Below are positions 39,747 through 48,515 of a stretch of DNA of 64,000 nucleotides, in pieces. The notes beneath the pieces are model-generated. The model was not told the DNA's origin and searched no databases. It saw only the letters and a program-made list of their open reading frames with translations. The first letter of the stretch is position 1, and each line of letters opens with the position of its first letter. The translations under genes were made by a program, and so were the position numbers. Location of the stretch: positions 2,208,001 through 2,272,000 of the forward strand of contig OY762654.1 of assembly GCA_963666205.1 (NCBI GenBank), read 5' to 3'. This DNA is from Synergistales bacterium. Lineage in GTDB: Bacteria > Synergistota > Synergistia > Synergistales > JAFGMB01.

Positions 39747-41266
39747 TATCTGCGTGACCACAGCCAGACCTTGAGTATCTTTTTGATCCATGGTGTTAAT
39801 CTTTTCCCATTATAGATATCTCCAGCTCTTTTAAAGATCTCAGTCTGTGTAGGGTAGGGATGGATGATCTCTGAAAGTTTTCCAATAGTCAAGCCAGCCT
39901 TTATGGCTGTTCCGATTTCACTGATCATATCTCCAGCATGATTGGCTACTAGAGTTGCTCCAAGGATCTTCCCATTTTCCCCCCCAAAGATAATCTTTAA
40001 AAAGCCCCTTTCGTCTCCTTCAAGGAGGCCCCTGTCAATTTCAGTCAGAGACACTTTTATGGAATCAAAATCGAGACCTCTTTCAGTTGCGTCCCTTTCA
40101 TACATGCCAACATGGGCTATCTCAGGATCAACATATGTGCACCAGGGGATACAGAGAGCACTTAGCTTCTTTCTTCCTGCAAAAAGTGCATTCTGAAGAG
40201 CTATTCTGGCACTGGCATCTGCAGTATGGGTAAATTTATATTTCATACAGGAATCTCCTGCAGCATAGATCCTGGGGTTTGTTGTTTGAAGATAATCTGT
40301 TACCTTTACTCCATTTCTTTTGTCATATTCAACTCCTGCTGCCTCCAGGTCCAGATCTTCAATGTCCGGGATTCTTCCTGTAGCAATAAGAAACTCGCTT
40401 ACTCTACAGGTCCTTTCTCCTTCTCCATCTGTTTGTATAAGGGCCTCTTTGAAACCATCCCTCACCCTTATGGTCTTTAACTGGGAGTTAAACATTATGT
40501 CGATTCCTTCGTCGATGAATATCTCAGCTACTATAGATGCAGCATCAGGGTCTTCCTTTGGAAGAAACTGGTGTCCTCGCTGGACGATGGTAACCTTGCT
40601 TCCCAGTCTGGAGAAAGCAAGGGCGAGTTCACATCCCAGTGGACCTCCTCCCAGTATCATGAGTGTTTCGGGTATTTTAGAGATGTTGAAAATACTCTCG
40701 TTTGTGATATAGCCGCAGGTGTCAATTCCTTCTACAGGGGGAATGAAGGTTGTGGCTCCACTGGTGATAATCGCTCTCTTGAATTTAAGGACCCTGTTTT
40801 CAACGGAAAGACTATTTGCGGAAGTAAAGTGCCCCTTACCGAAAAAAAGGTGAATTCCTTCTTTTACAATTCTTTCAGCCGAATCATGTTCACTGATCTT
40901 TGATCTTACCTGGCGAAGCCTGGCCATGACATCCGGAAAATCAACCTGGAAATCAGAAACCCTGATCCCGAATCGATCCGAATCCCGTATCTCCCTTAAC
41001 AGTCTGGAACTCCGGATAAGCAGTTTTGAGGGCACACATCCATAATTCAGGCAGTCTCCTCCCAGAAATGTTTTTTCAATCAGAGCCGTTTTTGCTCCAA
41101 GTCTGGCTCCACCTATTGCAGCAACCAGTCCAGCTGATCCTGCTCCGAGAACAACAAGATCATATGTCCCGGCAGGTACAGGATTTTGCCAGTTCTCCGG
41201 ATGTACATTTTTTAAGAGTTCCTTATTGTAAGTATCCATGGGCATGGGATGACAAAAGTCTTCCAT
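39746..41266 (-). CDS. pyridine nucleotide-disulfide oxidoreductase (mercuric-reductase-like, lacking the MerA C-terminal cysteines)
   Basis: GAGSAG, GGDCLNYGCVPSK, GGGPLGCE, YAAGD, FTH and HPYPTQ. Confidence 0.88.
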   Translation of the reverse strand: MEDFCHPMPMDTYNKELLKNVHPENWQNPVPAGTYDLVVLGAGSAGLVAAIGGARLGAKTALIEKTFLGGDCLNYGCVPSKLLIRSSRLLREIRDSDRFGIRVSDFQVDFPDVMARLRQVRSKISEHDSAERIVKEGIHLFFGKGHFTSANSLSVENRVLKFKRAIITSGATTFIPPVEGIDTCGYITNESIFNISKIPETLMILGGGPLGCELALAFSRLGSKVTIVQRGHQFLPKEDPDAASIVAEIFIDEGIDIMFNSQLKTIRVRDGFKEALIQTDGEGERTCRVSEFLIATGRIPDIEDLDLEAAGVEYDKRNGVKVTDYLQTTNPRIYAAGDSCMKYKFTHTADASARIALQNALFAGRKKLSALCIPWCTYVDPEIAHVGMYERDATERGLDFDSIKVSLTEIDRGLLEGDERGFLKIIFGGENGKILGATLVANHAGDMISEIGTAIKAGLTIGKLSEIIHPYPTQTEIFKRAGDIYNGKRLTPWIKKILKVWLWSRR

Positions 41267-41485
41267 TTTATGCTCCTTTCCCTTTCAGTTACCTTTTGGG
41301 AGATACAGAAGAGTTCTTAGGATAACAATAATCCTGGATTAACATTATCAGATCTTCCAGTAAATGAAAAAACGATTGAATATGTCAGAGCGTTCTTTAT
41401 CTACTATCTAGAATTATATCTTTTTTGACAGATTTGACCAGAAAAGCAGAAGATAAGAAAAATCTTAAGGATCCCATGGTGGATA

Positions 41486-42073
41486 TCAGTCCTTCAAAAG
41501 ACGGTGAGCTTCGACCATTCTCTGTATGCCTGTGATAATGACCAGAAAAGCAAAAAACAGGGTTAATAATGAGAGATATCCTGAAAAAATTATCATGAGG
41601 GAGAATAAAATAAAGCCTTCTGTTCTTTCTGTCAGACCAGCCTGATAATAAAAGGATTTTTCTGATCTTTTTTGTGAAAGGGCCCCGACTGTCAGAAAAA
41701 CCGTCATAGAAAACAGTATCGTAGAAATAAGGATAAGGAGTGCCATTCTTGAATCAGGGAACCGTATGGCCAGGGCCAGGATAATGGCTATCTCGACCAG
41801 ACGGTCACCGGTTATATCCAGAACTGTTCCCCATTGAGATGAGGATCCCCGGGTTCTTGCTATTGTCCCATCCACAGCGTCAAGAAATCCTGAGACCCAG
41901 AGAAAAGTTACACCTGTAAAGGAGAAATCTAGCAAAACAAGAAGAGATGACAGAATACCCAGAAGAAAGGCTCCCAGTGTTACCTGATCTGCTTTCAGGT
42001 TAATTGCTATACAAAGATCTGCCACTCTTTCTACATAGGGCTGGATCACTTTTCTGGCATAAGTATCGAGCAT
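41486..42073 (-). CDS. CDP-alcohol phosphatidyltransferase family (YnjF-like)
   Basis: DAVDGTIAR...GTVLDITGD signature and KSFYYQAGLTERTE. Confidence 0.9.
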   Translation of the reverse strand: MLDTYARKVIQPYVERVADLCIAINLKADQVTLGAFLLGILSSLLVLLDFSFTGVTFLWVSGFLDAVDGTIARTRGSSSQWGTVLDITGDRLVEIAIILALAIRFPDSRMALLILISTILFSMTVFLTVGALSQKRSEKSFYYQAGLTERTEGFILFSLMIIFSGYLSLLTLFFAFLVIITGIQRMVEAHRLLKD

Positions 42074-43140
42074 TCTGTAACCTCATTTTCTCTTTCGAGG
42101 AAGAGCAGATCTGGAGGAGAATAACTTACGTAAACTTCTTTTCCTGCCAGATCCTCCAGGTCACCATTGTTTTTCTGCAGGGTTTCCATATTTAATCCTC
42201 TGGGTGTCGTTATTTTACAATGGACCATTCCCTGTCTGAATAGGGTTTGTTCAAGAACTGCTCTGAAAGCGAATCTGCCTTCAGGGTTGAATTGTGTTAT
42301 TTCGAGTGACTCGGGACGAATAATGAGTTCTCCTTCTCTTTCCCCTTCATTTTTTCCCAGGGAAAGTTCTAATCCTTCCAGTGTGAGAAAGAGTCCCTTT
42401 TCTGTTCTGCCGGATAGTATATTAGGGATTCCCAAAAACCGGGCAGTGTAAAGTCTGGATGGTTTTTCATAAAGGCTTCGAGGTGTTCCTGTTTCGACTA
42501 CATTACCATTTTTCATTATGGACATTCGGTCAAACATCATAAAAGCCTCTTCTCTGTCATGGGTTACAAAAATGATAGTCATACTGTATTTCCTGTGAAT
42601 GTTCAGTACGAGTTCACGCATTTCTTTGCGAAGATTTGGATCAAGTGAGCTGAAGGGTTCATCCATGAGCAGTACCGGGGGATTGGTTACCATTGCTCTT
42701 GCAATAGCAACTCGTTGACGTTGACCGCCGCTTAATTCCGAGGGGAAACGATCTCCAAGATCCTTAAGGCCTACTGATGAAAGCATATCGCGAGCCTGGG
42801 TGATCCTCTTCGATCTTGGGACTCCCTTCATTTTCAGACCGAAGGCTACATTCTTCTCTACATTCATGTAGGGGAAAAGCCTGTCCTGTTGAAAAACCAT
42901 ACCAAGAGATCTTTTTTCTGCCGGTATTCCGGTGATGTCACTTCCATTCTGGAAAAGAGAACCTTCATCCACCGGTAGAAGCCCGGCAAGGATCTTCAGC
43001 AGAGTAGTCTTGCCACACCCGGATTCTCCTATGAGTCCAAAAAATTCCCCGTGTTTTACCCGGAGATCCTGAATACAAAGGTGGAAGTCCATGAAAGGAG
43101 CGTATGATTTCTTTAAATTAAATATTCTTATATCAGCGAT
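42046..43140 (-). CDS. ABC transporter ATP-binding protein (PotA/YnjD-like); start probably non-canonical
   Basis: GESGCGKTT, LSGGQRQR, LLMDEPF and VTHD. The frame is open to ATC at 43140 after AGAGGA; the first ATG is at 43092. Confidence 0.88.
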   Translation of the reverse strand: MADIRIFNLKKSYAPFMDFHLCIQDLRVKHGEFFGLIGESGCGKTTLLKILAGLLPVDEGSLFQNGSDITGIPAEKRSLGMVFQQDRLFPYMNVEKNVAFGLKMKGVPRSKRITQARDMLSSVGLKDLGDRFPSELSGGQRQRVAIARAMVTNPPVLLMDEPFSSLDPNLRKEMRELVLNIHRKYSMTIIFVTHDREEAFMMFDRMSIMKNGNVVETGTPRSLYEKPSRLYTARFLGIPNILSGRTEKGLFLTLEGLELSLGKNEGEREGELIIRPESLEITQFNPEGRFAFRAVLEQTLFRQGMVHCKITTPRGLNMETLQKNNGDLEDLAGKEVYVSYSPPDLLFLERENEVTECSILMPEK

Positions 43141-43142
43141 GA

Positions 43143-43943
43143 TTACATCCTCTTTTCTATGTATAGTCGATTCAGAAATACATCAAGGAGAACCATTAAT
43201 CCTGTGGCTACCAGGGCAAAAAGTATTGAATAGGCTGCTCCTGTACCCTGATCTCCTCCGTTAAGATAAGGAAACATTTTCACAGTAAGGGTGATTACCT
43301 GACCTCCTCCTATCAAAAGGGTTATAACGTACTGGCTCATAGATATCAGAATGGTCAAAGCAGAACCAACAATAATACCGGGAAGCAGGAAAGGGAATAC
43401 GACATGGACAAACCTTCTGATCATTCCTGCCCCAAGTATTTTTGCCTGCTCTTCCCATTCAAAACCCAACCTGGAAAAACTTATTGTTGTTGCCCTGATC
43501 ATATAAGGTAGAGTCGGCAGCATGTGGGCCAGGATAACTCCAGACACTTTTTCTGTCAGTCCCAAACTGATAAATGTTCTGTGGAGCCCCACCAGAATAA
43601 CAATAGGGGGGACCAGTATGGGTAGCATTAATATAATTTCCAGAACACCTTTAAAGGGGAAATTGTATCTGCCAAGGGCGTCTCCAGCGGGGATAGCAAT
43701 TACAGCATTGATTATAGTAACTGCAACCGCTATATAAAGGCTGACTCCTATGGACTGCCAGGTTCCTGAAGCTGTACCCAGAACATATTTCCATGCTCTA
43801 AGTGAGAATTCTGCAGGCAGTATATCAGGCCAGGACCATCCCCCTGAAAAACTCAGTATGAAAAGATAGAGTATGGGGAAGATTCCTGCGATCAGGAAAA
43901 GACCGAATACAATAAAAAGCATGAGCATGAATATCCTTTTCAT
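43143..43943 (-). CDS. ABC transporter permease (YnjC C-half-like)
   Basis: WSWPDILP, HMLPTLPY, EEQAKILGA and SQYVITLLIGGG. Confidence 0.88.
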   Translation of the reverse strand: MKRIFMLMLFIVFGLFLIAGIFPILYLFILSFSGGWSWPDILPAEFSLRAWKYVLGTASGTWQSIGVSLYIAVAVTIINAVIAIPAGDALGRYNFPFKGVLEIILMLPILVPPIVILVGLHRTFISLGLTEKVSGVILAHMLPTLPYMIRATTISFSRLGFEWEEQAKILGAGMIRRFVHVVFPFLLPGIIVGSALTILISMSQYVITLLIGGGQVITLTVKMFPYLNGGDQGTGAAYSILFALVATGLMVLLDVFLNRLYIEKRM

Positions 43944-44827
43944 TACTTAACGATCCTCTTCAGGGGATGAGTTTTTCTGACGAAGGAGTATAAGAAGCCT
44001 GTCATAAGAATTGTAAGAAGAATAAGTATGTTTATTGCCATAGCTGTAGGCTGACCGGAAAGGTCTCCTCTGCTGTATATTTCATATGAGGATACGGAAA
44101 GGACTTTGGGATAGGTGACTCCAAGAATAGAAGGGACTTCATAGGCTCCAAAGGTATAGGCGAATATGATAAAACAGCCAGTTTCAAGGGGTGTTATCAT
44201 GATGGGAAAGACTATTTCCCTGAAGGTCCTCAAACTGTTAGCACCAAGAACTCTGGCTGTTTCTACCCAGCTATATTCTACTCTCAGTATTACCGGATAA
44301 AGGAGCAGGACCAGAAAAGGACTGGTTTTCCATACATAAGCAATAATGACCCCCCAACCGAAGGATTCGTTTGTCATGACAGGAAAACTGGACATTTCTG
44401 TTATTAATCCCGTTCTGAAGAGCATCCGTGCTATCCATCCGCTCTGTATGAACATGAGAAATATCATGTAGGCTGCAACGATATAGGGAAAAACCATGGG
44501 TATCTGAAACAATCTCTGAATATAGACACTTCTGTCTCTTTTGCAGTTTATTCGGACAAGGAAAAGACAGTATAGGACGAAAATCGCCAGTAAAGCCGAT
44601 AAAAAAGTTGAGATAGATGCTATTCGCAGGGTTATTGAAAAGGATCTCCAAAAATCGAAGGATCCAAGAAGATTCAGGTAATAGGCAAAAGTAAAATACG
44701 GATCTCCTGTCAGGGGGGCTAATCCCAGACTCTGGATAATACCGTAGATTATTCCCCCGAAAAACAGAAAGCCCAGAGATGCAAGGGCCGGTAACAGAAG
44801 AAAAAAAGGTTTATTTTTTCCCGACAT
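43943..44827 (-). CDS. ABC transporter permease (YnjC N-half-like)
   Basis: QSGWIAR, WKTSPF, ETARVLGA and FGAYEVP. Confidence 0.88.
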   Translation of the reverse strand: MSGKNKPFFLLLPALASLGFLFFGGIIYGIIQSLGLAPLTGDPYFTFAYYLNLLGSFDFWRSFSITLRIASISTFLSALLAIFVLYCLFLVRINCKRDRSVYIQRLFQIPMVFPYIVAAYMIFLMFIQSGWIARMLFRTGLITEMSSFPVMTNESFGWGVIIAYVWKTSPFLVLLLYPVILRVEYSWVETARVLGANSLRTFREIVFPIMITPLETGCFIIFAYTFGAYEVPSILGVTYPKVLSVSSYEIYSRGDLSGQPTAMAINILILLTILMTGFLYSFVRKTHPLKRIVK

Positions 44828-46046
44828 TTTCAAACCATTCTTTTTCCATAGAATCAATATAATCTGATGAAAATTCAGGGACGCCGTAATTTTGTAGTAT
44901 TTGAGGAGCAATTACAGACGGTCCCAGGTCTATGGTTTTCAGAAGTTCCTTCTGGTTTATCGAAATTCTTGAAGTGTCCAGGACCATACCGTCCCCCCAG
45001 ACATCCGGTTTGAATTTTTCTATCTGGGCTTCCGGGGAAAGAAAAAGATCGATCGCAACCATTGCTCCCTCTTTTTTTGTTGAATTGAAGGGTACGGCCA
45101 GGTAGTGGGTATTTGAAAAGGTGCCTCCTTCAAGAACAAAGGTTCTGGAAGAGTCCGGGAAGAGGCCATTATTTATCTGGTTGAGAGCGTGCAGAGGATT
45201 GTAATTCATGGTGATCCATACCTCTCCATTAGCGTATAACTGGTCCAGGACTCCTATCCCATCCGGGTAGGTCGTGCCCTTCCTCCACAAATATGGCTTT
45301 ATTTCATTAAGGAAGTGCCATGCATGTTTGTTGCTATTATCCAGGATACCCTGTTGTTTCTTTTCCTGGTATCCTTTATATCCTCCATACTCTTCCAGGA
45401 GAACATGTCTTACAAAAGAGCTACCGGTAAAGTCCGGAGGGGCAGGGTAGGTGAATCGTCCAGGGTGTTCCCTGACCCATTGTCCCAGTTCCCCTATCGA
45501 TTTAGGAGGGGTCTGGATCTTTTTACTGTCATAAACAAAAATAAACTGGGATTTTCCCCAGGGAGCTTCATACCCGTCAGTCGGATAATTGAAATCAAAG
45601 TTCAGATCCTCTGCCTCCATGTCGAAATATCTGGTGTAATTGGGAAGTTTCCCAGTGAAGGGTCCAAAAAGGAGATTATTTTCCCTTGCAAGTTTGAAAT
45701 TCTCACCATTGATCCAGAGTATGTCAGCGCTTCCATCGAGTTTTTTCATAGTTTTTTCAGTAAGAAGTTTGTTGATTATCTGCCTGATATCCGTTACTGG
45801 TATCCTGCGAATGGTTATGTCATATTTTTTCTTCAGACGGGGTGCTATCCATTTATCTATATAAAGATTGGTGCCGTTATTTCCGCCCCACATATACATG
45901 TTAACGGTCTGGCCATTGCTCTTTTGCAGGATGAAATTCCAACTCTCTTCCAGGAGATCCCCTTTTTCACCGGAAATGGCCCATTTGAGAGGGAATATGC
46001 AAATGGCGATCAAAAACATCAGCATTATAAGTGTTAATTTTCTCAT
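44811..46046 (-). CDS. ABC substrate-binding protein, YnjB-like
   Basis: YMWGG, WINGENF, EAPWGKSQF, PGRFTYPAPPDFTGSSF, NTHYLAVPFN and WGD. Confidence 0.85.
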   Translation of the reverse strand: MRKLTLIMLMFLIAICIFPLKWAISGEKGDLLEESWNFILQKSNGQTVNMYMWGGNNGTNLYIDKWIAPRLKKKYDITIRRIPVTDIRQIINKLLTEKTMKKLDGSADILWINGENFKLARENNLLFGPFTGKLPNYTRYFDMEAEDLNFDFNYPTDGYEAPWGKSQFIFVYDSKKIQTPPKSIGELGQWVREHPGRFTYPAPPDFTGSSFVRHVLLEEYGGYKGYQEKKQQGILDNSNKHAWHFLNEIKPYLWRKGTTYPDGIGVLDQLYANGEVWITMNYNPLHALNQINNGLFPDSSRTFVLEGGTFSNTHYLAVPFNSTKKEGAMVAIDLFLSPEAQIEKFKPDVWGDGMVLDTSRISINQKELLKTIDLGPSVIAPQILQNYGVPEFSSDYIDSMEKEWFENVGKK

Positions 46047-46269
46047 TTACTATCACCTCCTTTTGTAATGCATGAACAATTTATTGCGATCAGGGTAACG
46101 TTGTATTTTATAAGGATCCTACGTTCTGTTATATAATAAACTAAGAAGTCTTTCAATTACCTGATTAAATAAAAGGGAGATATTTCCTTGCAGACAGGGA
46201 GATGATGTTATTACACAGGAAAAAGCACGGGTAAGTTATGTCCTTCCACTTCTCATAGGGGCGATTTTA

Positions 46270-46878
46270 GTGACAGTGATAATTCTTCTGCGAGTTACCG
46301 GAGGAATCGATAAATTCCAGGATATATGTGCAGATCTGGAATGTCTTGGAGGGTGGGCTCCCCTTGGATTTATCGGTCTTTATATACTTGCTGTAGTATT
46401 AGTTATTCCGGGAAGTGCTCTGACTGCCCTTGCGGGTGTTCTTTTCGGCTCCATCCGGGGGGTCGTATACGTTTCCATTGCATCTACTCTGGGAGCCACC
46501 CTTGCTTTTCTTATAGCCCGCTATCTGGCCAGGGATTTTATTTCAGCAAAATTGTCCAGGAGTGAAGCTTTCATGAAACTGGATGATATGTCCGATAAAT
46601 ATGGAATCTGGATCGTCGCCATAGTAAGACTGGTACCTGTCTTCCCCTTCAATCTGATCAATTACGGTCTTGGCCTTACCCGGGTGAGTCTTTTCAATTA
46701 TGTGTTCTTTTCCTGGCTTTTTATGCTGCCTGGGACTTTTCTTTATGTTGCCGGTGGAGACGCTCTGAAAAGGGCTGTTTCTGAAGGGACCATTCCCTGG
46801 AAACTCGTCCTGCTTGTAGTGCTTACAGGTCTTATCCTTTATTTCCTTGCAATAAACTTTAAAAAAAGGCTTAAATGA
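46270..46878 (+). CDS. TVP38/TMEM64 (DedA superfamily, YdjX-like) membrane protein; true start probably about 60 nt upstream
   Basis: IPGSALTALAGVLFG, STLGATLAFLIARY, RLVPVFPFNLINY and MLPGT. Confidence 0.9.
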   Translation: MTVIILLRVTGGIDKFQDICADLECLGGWAPLGFIGLYILAVVLVIPGSALTALAGVLFGSIRGVVYVSIASTLGATLAFLIARYLARDFISAKLSRSEAFMKLDDMSDKYGIWIVAIVRLVPVFPFNLINYGLGLTRVSLFNYVFFSWLFMLPGTFLYVAGGDALKRAVSEGTIPWKLVLLVVLTGLILYFLAINFKKRLK

Positions 46879-47679
46879 TCATTTTCTGATGAAAGGCAGT
46901 TTTATAAGCATCAGAAGAGGAAGATTCCCTGTCTGTTTTGAATCGGGCAGCCCCAGAGTCATTTTAAGCTGTCCATTTGAAGAGACAGGAGTGTAATTAC
47001 CAAAAAGCCTGTCCCACCAGGAAAAAGAAAAACCGTAATTACTGTTCATCTCCCTGTTTATAACCGAATGGTGGATTCGGTGCATATCGGGTGTAACTAT
47101 GATCAGTCTTAAAAACCTGTCAATATCTGAAGGGATATATACATTGGAATGGTTGAAGAGAGAAGCTCCGTTCAATATCACCTCGAAAGTCAGAACAGCC
47201 ACAGGAGGACATCCCAGAAGAAGTATCACAATACCCTTCAGAAGGAGGGAAAAGAGTATTTCCATTGGGTGGAATCGGATACCTGACGTTATGTCGAGAT
47301 CCATATCGGTATGATGAACCCCGTGGATTTTTCTGAGAAAATGATGCTTGTGAAAAAGTACATGCTGAAAATATATAGTCAGATCCAGGACCAGAACCGA
47401 GACCAGAAAGGCTATTACAGGAGTATTCCTGATCATATTGAAAAGGCCGGTTTCCCATGTTACAGCTAAAAGAGCAAATCCGGTTGCCCCTAAAGGGGAT
47501 ATAAGCCTTTCCAAGAGAATATTGCTCCCCGCAAGGGTCAGGTTGATCTTCCAGCGGAGAGGCTTCGGGATCGAGAGCTTCCGCTTTGGAAACTTGACTT
47601 CCCAGATGGACATGGAGAGAAAAATTACCAGTGAAAATATTATTCTCGTGTTTCTTGCCAGATCTGACAATAAGGTCAC
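46879..47679 (-). CDS. sterol desaturase / fatty acid hydroxylase superfamily protein
   Basis: His boxes HVLFH, HGVHH, FNHSN and HRIHH, plus RFHPME, NSNYG and WDRLFG. Confidence 0.9.
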   Translation of the reverse strand: MTLLSDLARNTRIIFSLVIFLSMSIWEVKFPKRKLSIPKPLRWKINLTLAGSNILLERLISPLGATGFALLAVTWETGLFNMIRNTPVIAFLVSVLVLDLTIYFQHVLFHKHHFLRKIHGVHHTDMDLDITSGIRFHPMEILFSLLLKGIVILLLGCPPVAVLTFEVILNGASLFNHSNVYIPSDIDRFLRLIIVTPDMHRIHHSVINREMNSNYGFSFSWWDRLFGNYTPVSSNGQLKMTLGLPDSKQTGNLPLLMLIKLPFIRK

Positions 47680-47720
47680 TCCTTTTCTGTGTTTATTATG
47701 AAAATATCGGACAGGTCTGG

Positions 47721-48515
47721 TCAGTTGGTGTTTATCAGGGTTTCTCTGATCATTTTTTCTGCAAGAGGAAGGGCGAATTCCCGCAAAAACCTTAGTATTG
47801 CATCTTCTGAATAGAGAACGATTCCATCTCTGTCGACATAATTTTTGCTAAGAACACATTCCAGCTGTTCAGAGCCCTCTTCCCAGCTGTTTCCCAGTAT
47901 TTCTATAACTTGATCTCCGGAATACACATTACGAAGGGGAAGAAACAGTTCTACATCAAACTTTGCAGCAAGTTCGATATATGCATCAAGGGCAATGCCG
48001 AGCTGATTGATCTTGATCCTTCCATCGTGGCTCTCTCTTTCTCCTGCTATTATGGTATTACAATTGAGAATTTTTGCCAGAGGTATCCTGATGCCATGGA
48101 AATAAAGGTGACATCCGATACAGGGTGTGTAGAAACCAAAGTCCCTGACAAGGGAGTAATTATGTCGTCCGCATAGCTGCCACCAGATACTGGGTGAACC
48201 CAGGAAGACCGGGTCAAAGATGTGAATATTCTTCATGGCTGGTGCTTCGCGAAGAAGTTCTACGGCTCTAAAGGGGGTATCCCAGTTGCCATACTCGGTT
48301 CCAGTGTAGGCTATGGTCGGAAGAATATCCTCAAGGTCAAGACTCCCTGAAGCTTCGATCACTGCTGCCACGCTGTCCCTGCCTGCTATTTCTGCAATAG
48401 CAATATGGCGACTTTTCAGGCATTTTTCAATTGTTTCTGAAGGTAACATCCATTCCGGAAAAGAGTGTATCATTTCAGGTTTACCAGCAAGAATACTCAG
48501 GAGTTCAGTCCTCAT
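47721..48515 (-). CDS. hypothetical protein, degenerate PP-loop (adenine nucleotide alpha-hydrolase-like) with CxxC
   Basis: EIAGRDS after a beta strand, TPCIGCHLYFH, IIAGERESHDG and QLECVL. RBS GAGGAGG; overlaps the upstream gene. Confidence 0.7.
   Translation of the reverse strand: MRTELLSILAGKPEMIHSFPEWMLPSETIEKCLKSRHIAIAEIAGRDSVAAVIEASGSLDLEDILPTIAYTGTEYGNWDTPFRAVELLREAPAMKNIHIFDPVFLGSPSIWWQLCGRHNYSLVRDFGFYTPCIGCHLYFHGIRIPLAKILNCNTIIAGERESHDGRIKINQLGIALDAYIELAAKFDVELFLPLRNVYSGDQVIEILGNSWEEGSEQLECVLSKNYVDRDGIVLYSEDAILRFLREFALPLAEKMIRETLINTN

Noticed and set aside
39746-41266. Mercuric reductase (merA) call
   Set aside because: No C-terminal Cys-Cys pair, no NmerA domain, and no merR/T/P nearby.
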